Shown piece by piece: positions 55,733-64,000 of a DNA stretch of 64,000 nucleotides (within the stretch, counting starts at the first letter, position 1; every line of letters begins with the position of its first letter). Below the pieces are notes generated by a model that did no database searches, was not told the origin of the DNA, and was given only the letters and a program-made list of their open reading frames with translations. Position numbers and translations under genes: made by a program. This DNA is from Macrostomum lignano. Lineage: Eukaryota. The DNA is taken from NCBI GenBank assembly GCA_002269645.1, contig NIVC01000251.1, forward strand, positions 558,001-622,000. Direction: 5' to 3'.

Positions 55733-58650
55733 TTAAACCAATCCGTTGCCGTTGCTACGGTCAACTTGTTGCTTAGTAACCACCAGAGACGTAGCATTCC
55801 TAGCAACCATCCTAGCTTCGTCATCAACGTTGCCGTTGTCTCGATCAGCCTGATCCTCAGCATCAATGACGGCCTGATCGCGGAGTCGAATGCGCCTTGG
55901 CGGCCCGCTGACCACCAGGTCATCGTCCACTTCGCCTGAGCATTCGACATCCAATTGTTCTTCATCAATCTCAGCGCTGCCGGCTGCAGCATCCCCGTTG
56001 CAGCCGCTGACTGACAAAGATTGAGCCGCAGCCGCCGTTAACGCGGACATTGCCGAGTGCAACGCGGCCGCGGCCACTCCGGCACCCAGAGCGACGCCTC
56101 CAAGTACGTCGCTCCAATGATGTTTATAGTCCGACACCCGACTGTAGCCGACACAGAGGCCAATAAGGATTAGGAACAGCTGGGTACCGAATCTGCAGGT
56201 GTTGTCATTGGAAACAATTAAAATATACTAATTTTAGTTACTAAATGCGCTGAAATGGCGCCAAAATGAGTGTCAGTAGGGGAGCAAAATGAGTGTCAGT
56301 AGTTAGTAGGGGCGCCAAAATGAGTGTCAGTAGTTAGTAAGGGCGCCAAAATGAGTGTCAGTAGTTAGTAGGGGCGCCAGAATGAGTGTCAGTAGTTAGT
56401 AGGGGCGCCAAAATGAGTGTCAGTAAGGGCGCCACAATGAGTGTCAGTAAGGGCGCTAAAATGAGTGTCAGTATGGGAGCCACAATGAGTGTCAGTATGG
56501 GAGCCACAATGAGTGTCAGTAGGGGCGCCAAAATGAGTGTCAGTAGAGGCGCCAAAATGAGTGTCAGTAGGGGCGCTAAAATGAGTGTCAGTATGGGAGC
56601 CACAATGAGTGTCAGTAGGGGCGCCAAAATGAGTGTCAGTAAGGGCGCTAAAATGAGTGTCAGTATGGGAGCCACAATGAGTGTCAGTAGGGGCGCCAAA
56701 ATGAGTGTCAGTAGAGGCGCCAAAATGAGTGTCAGTAGGGGCGCTAAAATGAGTGTCAGTATGGGAGCCACAATGAGTGTCATTAGGGGCGCCAAAATGA
56801 GTGTCAGTAGAGGCGCCAAAATGAGTGTCAGATGGGGCGCCACAATGAGTGTCAGTAGGGGCGCTAAAATGAGTGTCAAGGGGCGCCAAAATTCGCGACA
56901 CAAAGAACCGAACTTTTCTCTCTGAAAAGTCACTATCCCAAATCTCAGCTCCTTTCATTTTGACTCATTAATATTACTCAAGTCAGCCTGTTTCATCCAT
57001 AACTGAGATCGATTTCCTGGAGACTATGCGCAATCAATGATGAACCGAACTGGTACACGTAGTAATGTTATAAAATGTATAATGTTGTTATACATCATTA
57101 TAATGAAATTTACAAGCCAATCAATATTGCTGTTACATGTTAAACATAAAGCGATCGAATATGCCAATTTCCTTTGCAGCTAAATGAGAAAGGATCGCAT
57201 GAAAAGGGACAGGCGGACTAATAATTCAACATAATTATCAGGAATATTTTCTGTTCTATTCTCTCTGATATGATAATTTCACCAAGAGAATCTCACCCCT
57301 TTTATCTGATAATCTCACCAACAGAATCTATCTCACCCGTTTCTTTGATAATCTAACCAAGAGAATCTCACCCACTGATACTCTGATTCTCTGATACTCT
57401 TACCGAGAATCTTACCCGTTTCTCCTATAATCTCACCCTTTTCTCTGATAAACTCACCAATAGAATCTCACCGGCTTATCTGATAATCTTACCAAGAGAA
57501 TCCCACCCGTTTCTCCTATAATCTCACCCTTTTTCTCTGATAATCTCACCGGCTTATCTGATAATCTTACCAAGAGAATCCCACCCGTTTCTCCTATAAT
57601 CTCACCCTTTTTCTCTGATAATCTCACCGGCTTATCTGATAATCTTACCAAGAGAATCCCACCCGTTTCTCCTATAATCTCACCCTTTTTCTCTGATAAT
57701 CTCACCGGCTTATCTGATAATCTTACCAAGAGAATCTCACCCCTTTTCTCTGATAAACTCACCAAGAGAATCTCACCCGTTTCTATGATAGAGTCACCAA
57801 AAGAATCTCAATCCTTTTCTCTGATCTCACAAAGAGAATCTCGCCGTTTCTCCGATAATCTCACCAACAAAATTTCACTAGTTTTTCTGATAATCTCACT
57901 TGAGAGAGACTTATAGACCAATGATAATCTCAATCAGGAGAATCTTGAATTGTTATAATTCTCTCGGACTCACCTGGCAGCGGGACAGCCTCCGAGCTTC
58001 ATGTGCAAATAGCCAGCCAAAAACACAACAACAAACAGACTGTAGGACGTGTGGCCGCTAGGAAACGACATTTGAGCATCTTTAAACTCCCACTTCGACA
58101 TAGTTGGCCGACAAATCGACACAGGATAAGGGACGCTGGAATTGCACAGATCGCCGAGAATGTCAGGATCTGGTTTGCAGGCCTCAAGGAAGTAGGGCCG
58201 GTGCCTGCCCAGAGCCAGTTTGGCACTGACTGTCAGCAGCTCAGTGGCGGAGCAGCCCAAGCAAAAATAGTACAGCCAGATCATACAGTTCGACCAGCGA
58301 TGGCGCCTCCGTTGATGCCGGTAATTCTGTGCAGAGGCGGTATTGTCACCATTAATATTATTATTAATATCATTTGAATTGGGACCTCGCAGCACTTCGA
58401 ACCAGAAGATTAGGATGGTTGCCAAGGCTACGCCTAACGGTGCGCAGACGGCGTATGGTACGGTGCTGCCGGGCGGGATGAGATACCTCAGGCTCTGATC
58501 GGTGCAAAAAAATCGCCTAGGAAATGGTGCGACAAACAGGTGCAGAGCGCCGAATATTAAACAGATAGACAGTAGGAAACAGATTCGTGAGATTACAGTT
58601 AGCACTAATCTGTGCCTGCTGTTGGCGTTCCGATAGCAGCGAGGAGACAT
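55733..58650 (-). CDS. PAP2-family phospholipid phosphatase (PLPP/wunen-like), 2 exons, ~378 aa
   Basis: Exons 58650-57974 and 56192-55733 join in phase; all three catalytic motifs are present: K...GRHRP, SFPSGH, SRVSDYKHHWSDV. Confidence 0.93.
56266..56890. repeat. 24-bp minisatellite GGCGC(C/T)AAAATGAGTGTCAGTA(G/T)G in the PAP2 intron
   Basis: Read directly. Confidence 0.95.
57275..57900. repeat. AATCTCACC-based repeat with a 78-bp higher-order unit
   Basis: Three near-identical 78-bp units at ~57460-57760 with degenerate flanks. Confidence 0.88.
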
Positions 58651-60096
58651 GTTTTATTTAATCGGTCGAGTTTTGCTAGTTTTCCTTATATAGGTTATAC
58701 AATAAAAAATCTAACAGTTCACTCGGCCATAGACAATTCAGCTGTCGCTCTTTACTTCTTATGTTATGGCATGAGCCTTGTATTTAGGAGAGAGTGGAAA
58801 AGGAAGGCTAGAGTATTAAGAGAGAGCTTATATTATTGTGCTGTGACTGTGAGTGTGACTCATTTCTAATGGAATAGGACTGCTGAGCGAGCGGACCTAA
58901 CTAAAGGGGGTGGGGGTGCCACGCCTCAGTCACGCCTAAGCATTGGGTTCACTGCCTGGCCCCATCCCCCACAAAACCCACCACCTCACACGCCCCTCAC
59001 ACACAAGCGAATCCAGCGCGGGTGAGAGTGGACAACCCCCGCCCACTAAAAATAACCCGTCAAAGAGGCGCACGAACACAACCCCAAGACCAACCCCCAG
59101 CCTTCCCTCCAATTAACAGCACCCGCCACCCCAATCGGTCCGTCCATTTCATTTTCATTTTAACTGGGTTTTTGCCACACGCCACACGCCACACGCCTCT
59201 CGTGTACTCCAGTCCACACTCCACAGTCCACTTGTGAAATGAAATGTTAATGTAATGGAAGGTGGAACGATCAGGAACCTTTTGTTCGTTCGTGCATTCG
59301 TTTACTTCCACCTCGCAGAGTAAGCTGAATAAACTTACCACTATATAAGTATGCGCGAACTTGGTGCGCCCTGCGGACTTCAGTTTAGCAAAACCTAATT
59401 TCATTTTTTGTAATTAATAACAATTAAACTTTGCAACAACAAGGCATAGGCAACTGGCACTCCGTTTTAATACAGTAGATCTTACTAATTTTAAGTTTGG
59501 AGTGGTCCACACCTTTTACTGCTCTTATCTTATCTGTACTGTTATCTATCCGTTAAATAGTATATTTAATTTATGATCTTCACATACGGATGCATAATCA
59601 TACCAGCATTAAACTAAATTACAGTTAATTTAACAAACTGCTATTTGCCTTACATATAGTAAGTAAAGATTTTAATCTATATGAGCGCTAAAAGGCTAGA
59701 AGTCAAGACTCAAAGTCGAAACACAAAAAATTAAATCGATAGATAAAAATAATTGACTATGCGCAAAAAATGAGTTGCACTAAGCGTGTACTTACTTTCC
59801 GAATGTAAAGCTTGCACTTTTAAGCCATAAGGGCATAGTGCAGAACGGCGCTGGTTCGTGTTATGCCATTTTTATGCCAAGGGGCGCCAGATCCGGGCCA
59901 TTTCATTTGAAAGAGGGCACCATTTCATTTCAGAGGAGCGCTATTTCATTTGAGAGGGGCGCCTTTGATGGAGGCGCCATTTATTTTCAGAGGCGCCATT
60001 TAATTTGAGAAATTATAAATCTCTTTTCCCTGAGTCTTGCTCGCGAGTATGGGAAATTGTTTTTACGAATTTTAACTTCCGGAATGCTATACAGTT

Positions 60097-60157
<61 letters not shown>
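60097..60157. repeat. (CT)n microsatellite
   Basis: Read directly. Confidence 0.95.
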
Positions 60158-60160
<3 letters not shown>

Positions 60161-60369
60161 ACATGACCGTGGCGACTAATGCTACATGTAATGTGTAAAT
60201 TGTATACTAGTATAAAATGCAATACCAAAATGTATTGGCCATTTTGTATTTCGTAGATATGTATTACATGCGAGTGTTGATGCAAATTCGATTTAAATAG
60301 ATTTAAAAAATGATATAGATGTGATTAAAGAAGTGATAGATCGAGGAACAGGATGTGACAGGAGGGACA

Positions 60370-60677
60370 TAGGAGGGTGATAGAAGGGTACAGTGTGTGA
60401 TAGAAGGGTACAGTGTGTGATAGAAGGGTACAGTGTGTGATGGAAGGCTACAGTGTGTGATAGAATTGCACAGTGTGTGATAGACGGCTAGTGTGTGATA
60501 GAAGGCTACAGTGTGTGATAGAAGGGTACAGTGTGTGATACAAGGGTACAGTGTGTGATAGAAGAGTACAATGTGTGATAGAAGGCTACAGTGTGTGATA
60601 GAAGAGTACAATGTGTGATAGAAGGCTACAGTGTGTGATAGAAAAGTACAATGTGTGATAGAAGGCTACAGTGTGTA
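60370..60677. repeat. 20-bp minisatellite GTGTGATAGAAGGGTACAGT
   Basis: Read directly. Confidence 0.94.
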
Positions 60678-60994
60678 CAGTATAGATTGACAGATTAGAG
60701 TACAGTACAGTATGGAATAAAGAGTTTCACAGGAAGTGCCAGAGGACAGCATGCCAGAGCAAAAATATCATTTTATTCAACTTTATTAACCGAAAGAGAC
60801 GTATTTGAGTATCTAAGACAACCGTTTTATCTATTACAGTAGGTGATTTGTGCGGATAATAAATTAATGCATATGGAATAAATAATATTTCTGTATGGTG
60901 GGTGTTAGTAGATTTTTAGTGGCACAGCTATGTGAAACATAATTACTAATTACTAGATCAACAATCAACCGAAACTTACTTAAAGAAGTTAGAC

Positions 60995-61190
60995 TATGTG
61001 TCACCTGTTAGACAGAAGTGTCACCTTTTATGACTGTTTGACAAAGAGTGTCACTTGTTAGACAGTTAGTGTCACTTGTTAGACAAAGAATGTCACCTGT
61101 TTGCCAAATAGTGTCTAAGACAGGAGTATCACATGTTAGACAGGAGATAAGTGTCACTTGTCAGTAATAATAGGAATAAGTGTCATCCTA
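60995..61190. repeat. Degenerate copies of the GTGTCAC..TGTTAGACA family
   Basis: Several diverged units resembling the 26-bp family. Confidence 0.6.
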
Positions 61191-61773
61191 TAAGGTCGAC
61201 CTGAGAAGTTGCTAAGCTACAGAAACAATTGGCCGTTCTGAGTAAATTTAATATAAATTTGCTAAATACTCTACTTACGACCTACATAAGTAGAGTAACC
61301 AGAATGCTGAATTTAAACGCGCTGTTTGTTTCAAAAAATATAGATTGTATTGACTGTTTACGACTAGTCTAGTCAGTGAGTTAGCGCATGAATATCTTGT
61401 TTAAAGTATTGTCTTCTAGGGGAAGAACTGCAACACGGCAGCAGGATGCACTCAACGTAACGACCGGGACTGCTATTGAAGTTGAGATGTTTAGCTTGGC
61501 GCCAGCACTCCGACACTCGAATTCCGCTGCCATAGACAACTGCAGGCTGGCGATGGGGTGCCAGGTAGATTGTCTCCGAGAAAGTTAAACAACCTTCTAC
61601 TAATGGAGCCACGGAGGCTGCGTAATAATAGTCAGTTGACTCATTTTCTTCTGTAGTAAGTTGATTGGCCCCGATGCAGAAGACAGTCGACGGAGTGCTG
61701 GCGGAGCCGCTTTGCAGTTTTGACTAAAAAGAGGATTTAAACCATAGACAAAAATTGGAGAGAGTAATAACCG

Positions 61774-62108
61774 TGAGAGTCACAGAGAATCTACAGTGAG
61801 AGTCACAGAGAATCTACAGTGAGAGTCACAGAGAATATAGTGAGAGTCACAGAGAATCTACAGTAAGAGTCACAGAGAATCTACAGTGAGAGTCACAGAG
61901 AATCTACAGTGAGAGTCACAGAGAATCTACAGTAAGAGTCACAGAGAATCTACAGTAAGAGTCACAGAGAATCTACAGTGAGAGTCACAGAGAATCTACC
62001 GTGAGAGTCACAGAGAATCTACAGTGAGAGTCACAGAGAATCTACAGTGAGAGTCACAGAGAATCTACAGTGAGAGTCACAGAGAATCTACCGTGAGACT
62101 CACAGAGA
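61774..62108. repeat. 23-bp minisatellite CAGTGAGAGTCACAGAGAATCTA
   Basis: Read directly. Confidence 0.94.
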
Positions 62109-62547
62109 TTTTACTATGGTTAGTCACGAGTTTATTAAATAGTTTTATTGATTTATTTATTTTACAGGAAAGCAGTTTAAATTAGCCTTACCACTTGACT
62201 CATGCTCAGATGAAGAATCTGTTTGGAGTGTGGAATCGCCAGTTGGACTTATCTCAGTGGCACAGGGGGGGGGGCGCTAGCAAGCCATTGACTTGGTATT
62301 TAAATGGAACGGTTGCAAATATAAAGTCCCTGACTATTAAAATAGTTTACACTAGTATACGAGCATATAGCTGAAACCAACACTCGAATAAGTGCTCATT
62401 TCCGGTCGAATTATTTTTTGAGTTTGGCCAGCTAAAAAAACTAAAATGTTTTTCGTTTTAGCTGTCAGGGTTATTTTGAAGGTCAGTCGCTGGTGTGTCT
62501 TTTGGATTTAACTCTCTGGCTGTGAGGGTAATTTTAGCGACATCATG

Positions 62548-64000
62548 TACTTACTTACTTACTACTGACGGGGGGCGCAGGCGCCGCGAATAGGCCGCGA
62601 GGCCCCTATCGCAACCCCAAGGTAAAAGAGCACAAGGATTAGCCTTGGGGGTGCGCCCAGTCCCCGCCAGTAGTCGGCAGGTCCGCAGTGGAGGCATCGG
62701 CGACCCTCATCCGGCCGGAGTCCCGGACGAAGGCGCGGAGGTCTCGGATATTGTCCGCGGTGGTCAGCTCGTCCATCCGCTGGGGGTGGCCGAGGTATTT
62801 GTGCCGCGCCTTGTTGAAGTAAGGGCAGAAGGTGACGTGATGCTCCGCGGTCTCCTCTCCTATGCCACAGAAGGGACAGGTGGGAGGGCAACCGGTTTGC
62901 AACGATATATGTCTCTGGAAGAATCCGTGGCCGGTTAGGACCATGCACATCTCCCTGAGGTCGGTTCTGTTAAGCGAAATCAGATAATCAGAGACTTTCC
63001 TGTTCAGGTTAGGCATGGCAGAGCGGCTCTGCCTGTACTCGGTGCAGCTGTTCCAGTGGAGCTGGTGCTGCTGATGGAGCCACCTGTTGATATGGCGGGT
63101 GACTTGCGACCTGGGGGTGGGTAGCCTCATCAGACGGTGGTTGCCGTCTGGGTTGCTGCCCTCCTTGGCGAGAGAGTCCGCGAGCTCGTTGCCCAGGATG
63201 TTGCTGTGACCAGGTGTCCAGATAATTCTAATCCTGTTAAGGACTGAGAGAGATTGCACACTGCGGTGGCATTGAGATACTGTAGCAGCGGAGATATTCT
63301 CAGTGGTTAAGGCCTTAATAGCAGCTTGGCTATCAGTGTAGAAATTAATGTCAAAATTATTAATGTTCGCCTGAAACAGTTGCTGGGCACACTGCTCAAT
63401 GGCGCAAATTTCAGCTTGGAAAACTGAGGTGTTCTCACCGAGGTGCAGACTTTCCTGGAGAAGCATCTTACCCTCGTGGAAAATGGCAATACCCGCTCCA
63501 GCGCGGCCGTTGAACAGCGAGCCGTCGGTGAAGCAGTGAATGCCCTGGCTGCGCCGGTTCACACCGACATCCAGCGGAATGTTGTCTCGGCCAGGGATGG
63601 CGGTCTTGAAGCCCCTCCTGATGTTGAGGGCGGGAGGTCGACTATCCACATTGCCCAGGTCCATGTGGATGTTGTTAAGGTCGCGGCGGACAAAGTCCAT
63701 ATGCGGGATTAATGTTTTCATTGGCATAAAGCCAGAGGGCGCGTTATTTAACGTTTTATCTCTGATAAGCCGGGAGGCAGACTTCATAGCCTCCGCCCTA
63801 ATAAATAGGTGAAGCGGAGGTAGGTTAAGGATAGTGTTCAGCCCCTCGTAAGGGGTGGACGGGTACGCACCTGTGATGGCACGGCAAATGCTGCCCTGAA
63901 GCTGGTACAGCCGCTGACGGGCGGCCTTCTGCTCCAGCACGCTAGTCCAGATGAGACTCGCGTATGTGATACTGGGCCGGATGATGCCGGTATAAATCCA
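62548..64000 (-). mobile_element. 3' end of a non-LTR retrotransposon with C-terminal RNase H (I group, Loa/R1-like)
   Basis: Frame is open from the window edge to the stop at 62639: post-[17 protein letters not shown] and [10 protein letters not shown], RNase H FTDGS / SVFQAE / YTDSQAA / WTPGH..GNELAD.LAK, CCHC knuckle CPFC...ETAEHH...C. A ~75-nt 3' UTR and a (TAAG)n tail at 62548-62563 follow. Confidence 0.93.

Noticed and set aside
1509-57765. Long repetitive ORFs in the track (e.g. 1509..2297, 5348..6223, 19085..19483, 38474..39519, 40697..41363, 46597..47130, 56358..56958)
   Set aside because: They are translations of stop-free repeat units, open in several frames or strands, and mostly lie inside introns of real genes.
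61373-61612. Exon-like GC-richer segment (acceptor TCTTCTAG, donor CAG|GTAGAT)
   Set aside because: A single isolated candidate with no recognisable product; strand ambiguous.
488-62108. Tandem arrays as CRISPR arrays
   Set aside because: Units abut with no unique spacers, there are no cas genes, and the context is eukaryotic.

Overview
Eukaryotic, animal genomic DNA: spliceosomal introns, poly-Q proteins, and SLX4, TIKI, GPCR and DEG/ENaC genes. Roughly 18 kb (hand estimate) is 18-78 bp minisatellite or simple repeat. This architecture resembles a free-living flatworm such as Macrostomum, but that is inference only. Genes reconstructed by hand from splice sites and reading phase: a poly-Q orphan terminal exon (+); a 6-exon, ~980-aa YMR196W/MGH1-like (GH63-type) glycoside hydrolase of a mainly bacterial/fungal family (-); an intronless DEG/ENaC channel (+); SLX4 (-) and NSUN6 (-), both with small indels; a secreted PAN/apple + fibrinogen-C protein (+); a small orphan TM gene end (-); a glycine-rich ALK/LTK-type fragment (+); TIKI/TRABD2 (+); a class A GPCR (-); a PAP2 lipid phosphatase (-); and the 3' end of an RNase H-bearing LINE (-). 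Mobile DNA: two CORE-type tRNA SINEs, three MITEs and the LINE. Most interesting observations: the intron-containing bacterial/fungal-type glycosidase (HGT candidate, with a probable GC-AG intron), a 3.6-kb CpG desert, minisatellite families sharing a TTTTGGCGCC (E2F-like) core, and arrays that grew from splice sites or a stop codon. No CRISPR array, rRNA or intact tRNA gene was seen. Family assignments come from remembered motifs, not database searches.
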